From positions 43,520 through 107,519 of the forward strand of contig CAZXGJ010000004.1 of assembly GCA_964639955.1 (NCBI GenBank): a stretch of DNA of 64,000 bases, in the 5' to 3' direction. Positions within the stretch are counted from its first letter, which is position 1; the number at the start of each line of letters is the position of its first letter. The notes under the pieces were generated by a model. It was not told where the DNA came from. It saw nothing but the letters and a program-made list of their open reading frames with translations, and did not search any database. Origin of the DNA: an uncultured Ignavibacteriaceae bacterium. GTDB lineage: Bacteria > Bacteroidota > Ignavibacteria > Ignavibacteriales > Ignavibacteriaceae. Shown piece after piece: positions 9,016-19,022 of the stretch. The translations under genes and the position numbers were made by a program.

Positions 9016-9690
9016 CTAATTATTTAATTTGCGCCACTTTTCTGTTAAAATTTTTGATTGCTTTTCTTTCCACTCTTTTATTTTTTTTTCATTACCTGAG
9101 AGAAGAACTTCCGGTACTTTCATTCCTTTATAAACTGCAGGTCTCGTAAAATACGGCGCTTCAACAATTTCTCCATCCTGGAAAGAATCATTTAGTGCAG
9201 CTTCGCTGTCATTTAATACACCTGGTAAAAGTCTTACTATTGCATCTATGATTACCAGTGCGGGCAGCTCACCACCCGTAAGAACAAAATTACCCAATGA
9301 AATTTCATCGGTAGCAAACCGCTGCCTTACCCTGTCATCAATCTCTTTATAATGACCAGCAATAATTATTAAGTTATTGGCAAGTGAAAACCTGTTTGCC
9401 AGCTTCTGATTAAAAATTTTTCCTTTCGGCGTTGTAAAGATAATATGATTATAGTTACACTGCGATTGAAGAAATTCAATACATTCAAAGAACGGTTCGG
9501 GTTTTAGTACCATGCCAGGTCCGCCGCCAAAAGGTTTATCATCAATCTGTTTATGCTTGTCGCTGGAATAATCCCGCAGATTATGAATATTTATCTCCAG
9601 TTTCTTCTTCTCCTGTGCCCTTCCAATAATGCTTGTTTTCAATGGGCTTTCGAGCAACTCCGGAACAGCAGAAATTATATCAATCCTCAT
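9016..9690 (-). CDS. trmD: tRNA (guanine37-N1)-methyltransferase
   Basis: 224 aa. [52 protein letters not shown]. Confidence 0.95.
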   Translation of the reverse strand: MRIDIISAVPELLESPLKTSIIGRAQEKKKLEINIHNLRDYSSDKHKQIDDKPFGGGPGMVLKPEPFFECIEFLQSQCNYNHIIFTTPKGKIFNQKLANRFSLANNLIIIAGHYKEIDDRVRQRFATDEISLGNFVLTGGELPALVIIDAIVRLLPGVLNDSEAALNDSFQDGEIVEAPYFTRPAVYKGMKVPEVLLSGNEKKIKEWKEKQSKILTEKWRKLNN

Positions 9691-10199
9691 TATTCTGTTT
9701 CAAAAAAATCTTTACCAACCTTCAGGGATATTTCTCTCTTTTCAGGTTCAATCTTTTCAATAAATTGAAGAACGAAAGGGATCATCATTTCCAAACCATC
9801 TTTTGTTTCAATTACCATTACATCATTTGCCGGCAGCTTAAGCACATCTTTTACAACCCCAAGAATTTCTTGTTTACTAAAGACTTTCAGACCGATAAGA
9901 TCGTGAATGAAAAAATGTTTTTCAGGCAATTTTATAAGATCTTTACCATCTATATACATCTTTTTGCCTGAAAGCACCCGGCAATCTCTCAGGCTATCAA
10001 AGTTTAAGAATTTAAATAAGAATTTTTTTTTAAATTCTTTTACTTCTTCTACCTGAAATAATTTCTTCAAACCCCAAAAGTCAATATAAACCTCTTTCAA
10101 CTTAAGCAGATGCTTTGGAAAATCTGACAAGGGATTTATCCGGATAAATCCTTTGCTGCCCGCAGGCTGCTTAATTTCAGCAATCAGGTAATAATCCAC
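9690..10199 (-). CDS. rimM: 16S rRNA processing protein RimM
   Basis: 169 aa. The conserved position between the KH/S16 genes and trmD supports the call. An N-terminal GSKGFIRI-type barrel and a C-terminal PRC-barrel-like part are present. Confidence 0.8.
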   Translation of the reverse strand: MDYYLIAEIKQPAGSKGFIRINPLSDFPKHLLKLKEVYIDFWGLKKLFQVEEVKEFKKKFLFKFLNFDSLRDCRVLSGKKMYIDGKDLIKLPEKHFFIHDLIGLKVFSKQEILGVVKDVLKLPANDVMVIETKDGLEMMIPFVLQFIEKIEPEKREISLKVGKDFFETE

Positions 10200-10216
10200 A
10201 AAAATAAAGCAAAAGA

Positions 10217-10450
10217 CTAATCAACAATTTCTAAAACTGCGCGCTTTCCATGTTTGGCAGCCACTGCTGTAAGAAGTGTTCGCATTGCCTGTGCCGTTTT
10301 ACCCTGCTTGCCTATAACTTTTCCAACATCTTCGGGTTTAACTTTAAGTGAGAGCAGAATTTTTTTGTCCTCCTGAATTTTTTCTGCGATCTCCACACCT
10401 TCTGGAAAATCAACCAGGTGTTTGGCAATAAATTCAATGAACTCTTTCAT
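10217..10450 (-). CDS. KH-domain RNA-binding protein (YlqC-like)
   Basis: I chose the start at 10450 (MKEFIEF) because GAGGAGG lies 8 nt upstream. The KH signature VIGKQGKTAQAMRTLL is present. Confidence 0.8.
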   Translation of the reverse strand: MKEFIEFIAKHLVDFPEGVEIAEKIQEDKKILLSLKVKPEDVGKVIGKQGKTAQAMRTLLTAVAAKHGKRAVLEIVD

Positions 10451-10532
10451 TTTAAGAGCCTCCTCTTTTAGCGCTGAGAGCAATATAAAGAATTAAAGTA
10501 CAGAATTTTGCGGATAAATATCCTGCTTACTT

Positions 10533-11012
10533 TTATTCAGAAGCAGCGCTATTTTCTTCTGCTGTACTCTTTTCTGTGATTCCCACTTCACCGGAAACTT
10601 CAGCCGTCTTCTTTTCGATATCTGCTGAAGCTTTATCCTCTGCTTTTTTCTTTTTGGCAGATTTTTTTTCAAGCTTTTTCTTGCTGGTGGCTTCCTTCAT
10701 TTTTTGCCATTCATCAATTTCAGCTTTTATTTTTTCCTCATCGAGACCTTTTGACATCAGCTCTTTTTGAAGCGTAATGCCTTTTTGTCTTAAAAGACTT
10801 TTTACGGTATCAGTCGGCTGAGCACCAACATTTAACCAGTAAAAAACTCTGTCTTCTTTCAAGTCTATAGTATGAGGATTTGTAAGAGGATTATATAAGC
10901 CAACAGCTTCCAGAAATTTACCATCGCGAGGTGATCTTGCATCAGCGGCAACCAGTTTATAAACGGGCTGCTTTTTTTTACCGATTCTTCGCAGTCTTAA
11001 CTTTACAGCCAA
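10533..11012 (-). CDS. rpsP: 30S ribosomal protein S16 with Lys/Glu/Ala-rich C-terminal extension
   Basis: MAVKLRLRRIGKKKQPVYKLVAADARSPRDGKFLEAVGLYNP is the S16 core. Residues ~90-159 form a low-complexity charged tail. Confidence 0.9.
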   Translation of the reverse strand: MAVKLRLRRIGKKKQPVYKLVAADARSPRDGKFLEAVGLYNPLTNPHTIDLKEDRVFYWLNVGAQPTDTVKSLLRQKGITLQKELMSKGLDEEKIKAEIDEWQKMKEATSKKKLEKKSAKKKKAEDKASADIEKKTAEVSGEVGITEKSTAEENSAASE

Positions 11013-11043
11013 ATTATTTTAACCTCCAGGTTTGTTCAATTAA

Positions 11044-12372
11044 TCAGTTTAACTTAAAATTTTTTAAAGATGCATTTGAAAAACCACCTTTAGAGGAAAG
11101 TCTTCCAATCATCTTTTGCATTTCAGAAAATTGCTTTATCATCCGGTTTACATCCTGTACTGAAGTTCCGCTGCCTCTTGCAATTCTCTTCCTCCTGCTT
11201 CCGTTCAATATCTTAGGATTTTCTCTTTCTCTTGCAGTCATAGAATTAATGATAGCTTCAACTTTTATTAAAGCTCTGTCATCTACCTGAGCATTACGGA
11301 TCTGCGAACTAATGCCCGGAATCATTCCTAACAAGGAAGATAAAGAACCCATTTTCTTGATTACTTTAATTTGCTTAAGAAAATCATCAAAATCAAATTT
11401 ATTTTTTCTTAACTTCTCCTGCAGTTTTTCTGTTTCGCGCTCGTCAAAGCTTTCCTGTGCCTTTTCTACAAGTGAAATTACGTCTCCTTTTCCAAGTATT
11501 CTTGAAGCAAGGCGATCCGGATGAAAAATTTCCAATGAATCCAGCTTTTCACCATTACTTACGAATTTAATGGGTTTTCCAACCACGGCTCTGATAGACA
11601 AAGCCGCACCACCTCTTGCATCGCCATCTAGTTTTGTGAGAACTATTCCATCAAAATCGACCGTATCGTTGAATATTTTAGCTGAATTAACTGCATCCTG
11701 CCCGGTCATAGAATCAACTACAAACAAAATTTCAGTTGGATTAACCATTTTTTTTATTTCGGCTGCTTCTTTCATCATATCTTCATCAATGTGCAGTCTG
11801 CCTGCGGTATCAAAAATCAAAGTGTCAAATTTCTTAGCTTTGGCAAATTCCAGTGCTTCGGCAACAGTCTTTAAAGCATCGGGCTGTTCGATAGAAAAAA
11901 CAGGTACATCTATTTTCAGGGCTAATTGCTTAAGCTGTTCTATTGCTGCCGGGCGGTAAACGTCCGCAGCAACAAGCATTATTTTTCTTCGGTTTCCTTT
12001 CAATCTTTTTGCCAGCTTTGCGCAGAACGTAGTTTTTCCCGAACCTTGCAGACCAACAGCCATAATAGTTGTAACTCCGGAAGCATTCAGCTTTAATTCG
12101 TTACTTTTTGAACCAAGCAGAACAACCAGCTCATCAAAAATAATTTTTGTTATAAGCTGCCCCGGGGAAATAGAAGCCAAAACTTCTTTCCCTAAAGATC
12201 TTTGAGTTACGCTTTCAATAAATTCTTTGGCAACTTTGTAGTTCACATCGGCATCGAGAAGAAGGCGGCGGATATCGCGTAAAGTATCCGATATATTCTT
12301 CTCGGTTAATTTGCCCTGACCGGTTATCTTTTTAAGTGCGGTCTCTAATTTTACAGATAGATCTTCGAACAT
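11044..12372 (-). CDS. ffh: Signal recognition particle protein Ffh
   Basis: 442 aa. NG domain with GLQGSGKTTFCAKLA and DTAGRL. Met-rich M domain (MGSLSSLLGMIPG). Confidence 0.95.
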   Translation of the reverse strand: MFEDLSVKLETALKKITGQGKLTEKNISDTLRDIRRLLLDADVNYKVAKEFIESVTQRSLGKEVLASISPGQLITKIIFDELVVLLGSKSNELKLNASGVTTIMAVGLQGSGKTTFCAKLAKRLKGNRRKIMLVAADVYRPAAIEQLKQLALKIDVPVFSIEQPDALKTVAEALEFAKAKKFDTLIFDTAGRLHIDEDMMKEAAEIKKMVNPTEILFVVDSMTGQDAVNSAKIFNDTVDFDGIVLTKLDGDARGGAALSIRAVVGKPIKFVSNGEKLDSLEIFHPDRLASRILGKGDVISLVEKAQESFDERETEKLQEKLRKNKFDFDDFLKQIKVIKKMGSLSSLLGMIPGISSQIRNAQVDDRALIKVEAIINSMTARERENPKILNGSRRKRIARGSGTSVQDVNRMIKQFSEMQKMIGRLSSKGGFSNASLKNFKLN

Positions 12373-12414
12373 AGGAATAACAACTGATTATTACCGAACC
12401 CGGGATGATGAATG

Positions 12415-13296
12415 CTATGAACTGGCTTTTAGTGCGTTGGCACCGGAAACAATTTCCAGAATTTCTTTTGTAATAGAAGCCTGACGTTCTTTGTTATAAG
12501 TAATATTTAGCGTTCTGATCAATTCCTGTGCATTGGTAGTGGCGTTATCCATCGCGGTCATCCGGGCTCCCAGTTCTGCAGCATTCGATTCTAAAAGGAT
12601 TTTCCAGAATTGTGCTTTTAAATACTTTGGTAAGAGATAGCTTACTATTGATTTCTGATCCGGTTCCATAATAAAATTATCGGGATTCAGCTTTTTATTC
12701 TCCGTCGATTTTTCAAGTGGAATCGGTAAAATCTGTTCTACAACAATTTTTTGCTGAACAAGAGAAACAAAGCGGTTATAAATCACAACAACTTTTTGGA
12801 ACTCTTCATTTTCAAATCCTGCTAAAACCTGTTTATAAATCTGCAGAGCCGAATTTATTTCAAGTGAAGAGAACAATCCGGTGGTAAATCCAAAAACTTC
12901 AAATTCTCTCCTGTTAAAATAATCCGCCGCCTTTTTACCAACGGCGTATAAGCAAGCTTGCAGATCGTTATTTTTTAATTCTTCGGTCAGATATCTTACA
13001 GTTTCTTTTAATATGTTAGTATTGAAAGCGCCGCAAAGTCCTCTATCGGCAGTGACAACGATTATGCAAACCTTTGATATTTTTTTATTTGCAAGGTAAG
13101 GGTTAGTTAAAATATCATTTTCAGTAACAAGGTGTGAAACCAGCCCGGAAATTTTAGCTGCAAAAGGGCGGGCGTTTACAATGCGCTGCTGTGCACGCCG
13201 TAGTTTAGCCGTGGCAACCATCTTCATTGCTTTGGTAATTTTTTGAGTGTTTTTTACACCTACAATTCTTCTTTTTATATCACGTAATGTAGCCAC
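12415..13296 (-). CDS. atpG: F-type ATP synthase subunit gamma
   Basis: 293 aa. N-terminus TLRDIKRRIVGVKNTQKITKAMKMVATAKLRRAQ and C-terminus ITKEILEIVSGA. Confidence 0.95.
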   Translation of the reverse strand: MATLRDIKRRIVGVKNTQKITKAMKMVATAKLRRAQQRIVNARPFAAKISGLVSHLVTENDILTNPYLANKKISKVCIIVVTADRGLCGAFNTNILKETVRYLTEELKNNDLQACLYAVGKKAADYFNRREFEVFGFTTGLFSSLEINSALQIYKQVLAGFENEEFQKVVVIYNRFVSLVQQKIVVEQILPIPLEKSTENKKLNPDNFIMEPDQKSIVSYLLPKYLKAQFWKILLESNAAELGARMTAMDNATTNAQELIRTLNITYNKERQASITKEILEIVSGANALKASS

Positions 13297-13312
13297 AATA
13301 ATTCAGCAGTTG

Positions 13313-14863
13313 TTAAGCACTCTTCTTAAATACTTTCAAAAATTCTTCACCAGCCTTTATAATTTTACTTTCGAGCTCATCTGAGATTGCTTTCTCCTTT
13401 TTGAGCGTTTCGAAAATATCTTTGTGCTTTACTTCAAAATATTCTAATGCTTCTTTTTCAAATCTTTTTATATCGGCAACAGGGATCGATTCCATAAATC
13501 CTCTTGTACCAAGAAAGATGCTTATAATTTGTTTTTCAACCGGAACGGGCGCATACTGCCCCTGCTTTAACAGCTCAACCAATCTTGAACCCTTGGCTAA
13601 TGTTTTTTGTGTAGCCTGGTCAAGGTCGGAGCCAAACTTGGCGAAGGCTTCGAGTTCTCTGTACTGAGCAAGATCGAGCTTAAGAGTGCCTGCAACTTTC
13701 TTCATCGCTTTGTTTTGAGCATTACCTCCAACGCGTGAAACCGATATACCAACATTTATCGCTGGCCTTACACCTGCATTAAATAAACTTGATTCGAGAT
13801 AAATCTGTCCGTCTGTAATGGAGATTACATTTGTCGGAATATAAGCAGAAACATCACCCTGCTGAGTTTCAATAATAGGTAAAGCCGTAAGACTTCCGCC
13901 GCCAAGGCTCTCACTTAATTTTGAAGCTCTCTCAAGAAGGCGGGAATGTAAATAAAAAACATCGCCCGGAAATGCTTCCCTGCCAGGAGGTCTTCTGAGC
14001 AGCAGCGAAAGCTCGCGATAAGCAGCAGCTTGCTTTGAAAGATCATCATAAATAACCAGCGAATGTTTTCCGTTATCTCTGAAAAACTCACCGAGTGTAG
14101 CACCGGAATAAGGGGCAATATATTGCAGCGGTGCCGGCTCCCATGCAGAGGCAGTTACAACTGTAGTATATTCCATTGCTCCTTCTTCCTGAAGTTTTGC
14201 AACTACCTGAGCTACGGTTGAGCTTTTTTGACCAACTGCCACATAAATACAATATACCGGTGCAATGCCAAGTCTTTTTGCTTCTTCCGAATGAGTATAT
14301 TTCTGATTGATGATAGCATCAATAGCAACAGCAGTTTTTCCTGTTTGCCTGTCGCCAATAATAAGCTCTCTCTGCCCTCTTCCAATCGGAATCATAGCAT
14401 CAACGGCAACTATACCGGTTTGTAAAGGTTCTTTAACCGGCTGCCTTTGTATTACACCGAGAGCCTTTCTCTCGATTGGTAAAAACTTATTAGAATTTAT
14501 CGCACCTTTGCCGTCGATTGGTTTGCCCAGCGGATTTACAACACGTCCCAGCAGTTCTTCGCCAACAGGAATTGATGCAACTCGTTTAGTTCGTTTGACT
14601 GTATCGCCTTCTTTAACCAGAGAGCTCTCACCGAAAAGAACGCAGCCAACGCTGTCTTCATCAAGATTTAGAACCATCCCGATAACATTATTAGGAAATT
14701 CAACGAGCTCGCTTGCCATAACTTTACCTAAACCGTAAACACGGGCAATGCCGTCACCCACCTGCAGCACAGTACCGACATCATAAATGTCAATTTCACT
14801 TTCGTAACCCGAAAGCTGTCTCCTTAATATTGCTGATATTTCATCTGGTCTAACTTCTGCCAT
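13313..14863 (-). CDS. atpA: F-type ATP synthase subunit alpha
   Basis: 516 aa. Walker [10 protein letters not shown], and [26 protein letters not shown]. Confidence 0.97.
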   Translation of the reverse strand: MAEVRPDEISAILRRQLSGYESEIDIYDVGTVLQVGDGIARVYGLGKVMASELVEFPNNVIGMVLNLDEDSVGCVLFGESSLVKEGDTVKRTKRVASIPVGEELLGRVVNPLGKPIDGKGAINSNKFLPIERKALGVIQRQPVKEPLQTGIVAVDAMIPIGRGQRELIIGDRQTGKTAVAIDAIINQKYTHSEEAKRLGIAPVYCIYVAVGQKSSTVAQVVAKLQEEGAMEYTTVVTASAWEPAPLQYIAPYSGATLGEFFRDNGKHSLVIYDDLSKQAAAYRELSLLLRRPPGREAFPGDVFYLHSRLLERASKLSESLGGGSLTALPIIETQQGDVSAYIPTNVISITDGQIYLESSLFNAGVRPAINVGISVSRVGGNAQNKAMKKVAGTLKLDLAQYRELEAFAKFGSDLDQATQKTLAKGSRLVELLKQGQYAPVPVEKQIISIFLGTRGFMESIPVADIKRFEKEALEYFEVKHKDIFETLKKEKAISDELESKIIKAGEEFLKVFKKSA

Positions 14864-14889
14864 TATTCTTCCCTTTTAAATCTTTTATT

Positions 14890-15444
14890 TTAATTAAGCG
14901 AAATGCCGCCTGCGAGAAATTGTTTTTTTAATAATTCGAGCTGATGCTTAACCGAAGCATCGAACATAGTATCACCGGCTTTGGCAATGAACCCTCCGAG
15001 CAGGGCTTTATCAACAGTAAGACTTAATCTTACTTTTTTATTTAATATTTCTTCAAGCTTTTTCTGTAACAAAGAAATCTGAACATCCGAAAATTTAAAT
15101 GATGTGATTACGTTTACCCTTGCAATTCCAAGATGTTCATCCCGAAGCTCTAAAAACCTTGCAGCTATAGAATCAAGCAGGTTTTCTCTTTTCTTCTCGA
15201 TAACAAAGCTCAGAAATTTAACAGAGTCTTCGTCGAACCTTGAGCTAAAAATTTCTTTTAATATATTATTTTTAGTTTCGGGTTTTATAACAGGGTTTTC
15301 GAGCATCAGCTTAAGATCTCTGCTTTCTTTAAGTGACTCCGCAAGCAAAACCATATCGGAAGAAACTTTATCGAGTTTATTCTTTTCAATTGCAGTTTCT
15401 AAAAGTGAAGTTGCATACCTGTGAGAAACTTTAAGATCACTCAT
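14890..15444 (-). CDS. atpH: F-type ATP synthase subunit delta (OSCP)
   Basis: 184 aa. The N-terminus RYATSLLE and operon position between atpF and atpA support the call. Confidence 0.85.
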   Translation of the reverse strand: MSDLKVSHRYATSLLETAIEKNKLDKVSSDMVLLAESLKESRDLKLMLENPVIKPETKNNILKEIFSSRFDEDSVKFLSFVIEKKRENLLDSIAARFLELRDEHLGIARVNVITSFKFSDVQISLLQKKLEEILNKKVRLSLTVDKALLGGFIAKAGDTMFDASVKHQLELLKKQFLAGGISLN

Positions 15445-15446
15445 AA

Positions 15447-15986
15447 TTAATTCTTTGATACTTCATTAAGATATTTCTCGACCAATTTTTTATTCTTCTC
15501 TTCATCAAGCGTTTCTTTGATTATCTTTTCAGCAGCATTAACAGCTAATTCTGCAATTTGTTCTTTCAACTCTTCGAAAGCAGCGTCCTTTTTTCTCCGG
15601 ATTTCTTCACCGGCATCATCAATTAATTTTTTAGCCTGTTCTTTGCTTTCTTTTATCAATTGATCTTTCAAAGAATCAGCATAAGCACGGCTTTGTTCAA
15701 TGATTTTTTTAGATTCTTCTTCTGCCTTAGCGAGATTAGCCTGGTTTGCTTCCAAAATTTTCTTTGCTTCTTCTTTAGCATTTTCGGCCTGCTCGAGGGA
15801 ATTTTTAATCTCCTTTTCACGTTTGTCGAGTGCTTCGAGAATAGGCTTCCAGGCAACTTTTTTAAGAATAATGAGAAGAAGTACGAATGTAACCACAGTC
15901 CAGATCATCAGGCCCGGGTTTACATCCAGCAAACCTCCACCGCCGCCTTCGGATGCAATTACAGCAAATAGTAATTCACCAATCAT
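15447..15986 (-). CDS. atpF: F-type ATP synthase subunit b
   Basis: 179 aa. A single N-terminal TM helix is followed by a long charged coiled coil. Operon position fits. Confidence 0.85.
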   Translation of the reverse strand: MIGELLFAVIASEGGGGGLLDVNPGLMIWTVVTFVLLLIILKKVAWKPILEALDKREKEIKNSLEQAENAKEEAKKILEANQANLAKAEEESKKIIEQSRAYADSLKDQLIKESKEQAKKLIDDAGEEIRRKKDAAFEELKEQIAELAVNAAEKIIKETLDEEKNKKLVEKYLNEVSKN

Positions 15987-16025
15987 TATTTTCCTTTAAA
16001 GAATATATTTTAAGAATAAACCGGT

Positions 16026-16247
16026 TTATGCTTTTAAAGCAAGCAGGATGCAAATAACCAGCCCGAAGAAGGACATACCTTCTATCAAAGCTGCAGCAAT
16101 AATCATTGAGGTTCTGATTGCACCGGCAGCTTCGGGTTGCCTGCCGCTTGCATCCATAGCAGAACTGGCAAGTTTGCCAATGCCAAGCCCGCCCCCAATA
16201 ACTACCAGACCGGCTCCTAAACCTGCTGCTAACCATGCTAAATCCAT
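16026..16247 (-). CDS. atpE: F-type ATP synthase subunit c
   Basis: 73 aa hairpin proteolipid: a GxGxGxG helix, an RQPE loop, and the carboxylate in IEGMSFFGLV. Confidence 0.9.
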   Translation of the reverse strand: MDLAWLAAGLGAGLVVIGGGLGIGKLASSAMDASGRQPEAAGAIRTSMIIAAALIEGMSFFGLVICILLALKA

Positions 16248-16287
16248 TTAATTTCTCCTTTTATTTTTTTTGAATAGATATTGTTCT

Positions 16288-17139
16288 TTAATGTTCCTGA
16301 TGAACAGCCATTCCTATAAATAAGGAAGTTAACATTGTAAAAATATATGCCTGTATAAGGGCAACAAGAATTTCCAGTAAATAAATAAATACTGCAAAAG
16401 CTATAGACACCGGGGCAATGAACAATGTGCCCATAAAAAATATTAGCCCGAGTAATGCAAGAATTACAGTATGCCCGGCAATCATGTTTGCAAAAAGTCG
16501 TATTGCCAATGCAAATGGTTTGGTAAACAGACCGAGGATTTCTACGGGAATCATTAAAGGTAACAGCCACATCGGAATTCCGTGGGGTACTAATCCTTTA
16601 AAGTATCCGAAAAATCCGTTTTGCCTGATGCCTCCAAGTTGGATCATAAGAAAAGATAAGATTGCCAGTGAAGCAGTAACCGCAATATTGCTTGTGAATG
16701 TTGCGGAAAAAGGAATCAGACCCAAAAAGTTTCCGAACAAAATAAAAAAGAATAAAGTTAACAGATAAGGAAGATATATTTGGTAACTTTTCCCCAAAGT
16801 CGGTTCTGCAATTTCATCCCTAACGAAAATTATTAAAACCTCAAAGAAATTTGACAGACGTTTAGGAATAAGCGATGATTTATATTGCCGGGAAACAGTG
16901 ATAAAAGTTATTATAACTAACAGAGCCGCCAACCACATAAAGATAACATGTTTTGTTGGGGTAATATTAATTCCAAAAACAGGGGGAAGTTCAGGAATTT
17001 GAACGTAACCTAAGAACGGTAATTCTATCTCTTTTCCATCCATAACGTGGTGAAGAATCCACCCGCTGCCGGTATCACCGGAATGCTGCAGTGAGTCTGT
17101 AGTCGTAGTCAGGGTATCGGCAATAGTGTCAGTGTTCAA
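16288..17139 (-). CDS. atpB: F-type ATP synthase subunit a
   Basis: 283 aa polytopic protein. It carries the conserved LAIRLFANMIAGH arginine motif. Confidence 0.9.
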   Translation of the reverse strand: MNTDTIADTLTTTTDSLQHSGDTGSGWILHHVMDGKEIELPFLGYVQIPELPPVFGINITPTKHVIFMWLAALLVIITFITVSRQYKSSLIPKRLSNFFEVLIIFVRDEIAEPTLGKSYQIYLPYLLTLFFFILFGNFLGLIPFSATFTSNIAVTASLAILSFLMIQLGGIRQNGFFGYFKGLVPHGIPMWLLPLMIPVEILGLFTKPFALAIRLFANMIAGHTVILALLGLIFFMGTLFIAPVSIAFAVFIYLLEILVALIQAYIFTMLTSLFIGMAVHQEH

Positions 17140-17524
17140 AATGTTCGATTTTATTAAGATTCAGGTAAAAAATTTCGATTATCAAGTAAAAAACATAGAA
17201 AAATAAGAGTGAAAATATAAATCCAAACACGTTTATTTCCAAGAATTTTAGAACAATAAATGTTAAAAACAATATCAGCACTAACCTAAATAACATCCCA
17301 CCCCAGAGCATTGATAAAAGCCTGCTGCCAGAACCGGAGTAACTATGTTTCAAGAATAAATAACCGATAAAAAAATTCAGAATAGCCATTATCTCTCCTA
17401 AGCATACTGATAAGAAGATGTTTAATGCCCAGACAGATAAAATGTTCAAAGTGAAAAACACAATAAGCGGACAGATCGTAAAGAGAATTACGATTAGCCG
17501 TAACGACTTTTTATTCATTGTCAT
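17129..17524 (-). CDS. Small polytopic membrane protein, AtpI-like by position
   Basis: 131 aa with four predicted TM helices. It lies immediately upstream of atpB and overlaps both neighbours. The assignment rests on context only. Confidence 0.4.
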   Translation of the reverse strand: MTMNKKSLRLIVILFTICPLIVFFTLNILSVWALNIFLSVCLGEIMAILNFFIGYLFLKHSYSGSGSRLLSMLWGGMLFRLVLILFLTFIVLKFLEINVFGFIFSLLFFYVFYLIIEIFYLNLNKIEHFEH

Positions 17525-17754
17525 TTATCGGCTTTTAAGACGGATTTAATGAATGTATACATCCCTGCAAATACCCCTAAAAAAGAAAAAGTAATAATAA
17601 GGATAGGACTGGTAGCGAAAATTCCATCCAGCCAGAGGCCAAGAAATACCATCGCAGTTACTGTAATAGCAAGCTGTAACCCCAGCCCGATGTAAGGACC
17701 AATTTCTCTATAAAATTTACCTGCACTTTTTAGGTCGTCAGGCTCCGGCTTCAT
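17521..17754 (-). CDS. AtpZ/AtpI-family small membrane protein (ATPase_gene1-like)
   Basis: 77 aa with two TM helices. IGPYIGLGLQLAITVTAMVFLGLWLD resembles the AtpZ family found ahead of atp operons. Confidence 0.55.
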   Translation of the reverse strand: MKPEPDDLKSAGKFYREIGPYIGLGLQLAITVTAMVFLGLWLDGIFATSPILIITFSFLGVFAGMYTFIKSVLKADK

Positions 17755-18157
17755 TTTTCTTAAAATCAGTATTCTGAGTTTTATAAAGCTCTTTTACTTC
17801 GCCCATATTACTCTTTCCATCAAACCTTGCACCGGCTTCAACGACAAGTATTTTAGTGAAGATATCACCTTTTAAATTTGCTTTGGATTCCATTACAATT
17901 TTTTCTTTGGCATTCACTGAGCCAACAACCCTGCCTCCGATAACAACGGATTCGGCGCTTATTTGCCCGGAAACATCACCCTGCTCGCCAACCGTTACGT
18001 TGCTTTGAGAAATGATATCACCCTGAATTACTCCATCTACTCTTATACTGCCGCCGCTTGATAATTTTCCTTCAAGCTTAACACCCTGGCTTATGATTGT
18101 TATATCTTCGGTATCACCATTCATCATTCTGGTTTTCAAGTTAATTACCTCCTTCAA
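17738..18157 (-). CDS. Bactofilin (polymer-forming cytoskeletal protein)
   Basis: 139 aa. A repetitive beta-helix pattern is present: G.I.G.v....v.V...G.V.G.I (VDGVIQGDIISQSNVTVGEQGDVSGQISAESVVIGGRVVGSV). Confidence 0.85.
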   Translation of the reverse strand: MKEVINLKTRMMNGDTEDITIISQGVKLEGKLSSGGSIRVDGVIQGDIISQSNVTVGEQGDVSGQISAESVVIGGRVVGSVNAKEKIVMESKANLKGDIFTKILVVEAGARFDGKSNMGEVKELYKTQNTDFKKNEAGA

Positions 18158-18993
18158 TTATTACTGATTATTACTGTTTGAGGATTTATTAAAATTCCAT
18201 TTTTCCATATTTCAAAATGCAAATGAGGGCCGGTACTGTGTAAGCCGCTACTACCTGATTGAGCAATCAGTTCGCCCTGCTCGACTTTATCCATTTCTTT
18301 TTTAATCACCACAGAGCAATGTTTATATAAACTAAGGTATCCATCTGAGTGATTAATAATGATAACATTTCCATCTTCAATTGTATAACCTGTATACAGA
18401 ACAAATCCGGAAGCTGCTGCATATACGGGCGAACCTTCTTTTACTGCAATATCAAGACCGTTATGTCCTTTCTCAGGATCAAACTGACGGCTAATATATC
18501 CATTAACCGGAAGAATGAAAAATACTTTTTCATCAGACTTCTGTTCTTCATAATTAATTATTCTGAGAAAAGCGGTTAAAATATTTCCTTCAGCAGGATA
18601 TCTGTAATATTGTTCTACAGAATCCATTTCAACTCCCAAAGTATCTGCCAGGCCGGAATCTCCCAGGGCTAACGCAAATTTCAGCTTTTGATTTGTTGCC
18701 TTGAGTTTTTGGATTTCGTGAGCAAGGAAAATTATTTTTTGATTTAGCAATTCAACTTTCTCAGTCTCCGGAGTCTTTACCCTGAAATCACCGGGAAGAA
18801 TTTTGTTTCCGATGCCTGTTAAATTAAAAAAGTAGTAACTTAAGACGGCCATAAAAATTGAGAATGCTACCAGAAAGATTAAAACTTTTGTAGAATTGAT
18901 CTTCCAGGATCTTGTGGTATACGAAGAATCACCAGGTAAAATTATTACCGAAAAGTTATTCAGTTTTCTAAAATATTTAAGAATTTTCATCAC
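18154..18993 (-). CDS. M23 family metallopeptidase with N-terminal TM anchor and coiled coil
   Basis: 279 aa. The LytM motifs HNGLDIA and GSSGLHSTGPHLHFEI are present. The ATGA overlaps the bactofilin start. Confidence 0.85.
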   Translation of the reverse strand: MMKILKYFRKLNNFSVIILPGDSSYTTRSWKINSTKVLIFLVAFSIFMAVLSYYFFNLTGIGNKILPGDFRVKTPETEKVELLNQKIIFLAHEIQKLKATNQKLKFALALGDSGLADTLGVEMDSVEQYYRYPAEGNILTAFLRIINYEEQKSDEKVFFILPVNGYISRQFDPEKGHNGLDIAVKEGSPVYAAASGFVLYTGYTIEDGNVIIINHSDGYLSLYKHCSVVIKKEMDKVEQGELIAQSGSSGLHSTGPHLHFEIWKNGILINPQTVIISNN

Positions 18994-19022
18994 TAAGTAA
19001 AATTATTTTCCACTGTTCAAAG

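Noticed and set aside
10533-10790. S16 is about twice the usual length, with a Lys/Glu/Ala-rich tail.
   Set aside because: Charged C-terminal extensions of S16 are common in FCB-group bacteria. The low-complexity tail shows no sign of a fused domain or a frameshift.
15976-16570. Minus-strand ORFs 15976..16236 and 16238..16570 overlap atpE and atpB in other frames.
   Set aside because: They are Cys/Arg-rich nonsense translations of the atpE/atpB region. The authentic c and a subunits occupy these coordinates.
12415-17754. The ATP synthase operon stops at atpG, with no atpD or atpC. This could be read as a deletion or an unusual ATPase.
   Set aside because: A split atpZ/I-BEFHAG operon with atpDC elsewhere is, to my knowledge, the normal arrangement in Bacteroidota/Chlorobiota-type genomes. 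All the subunits present look like ordinary F-type, not N-type.
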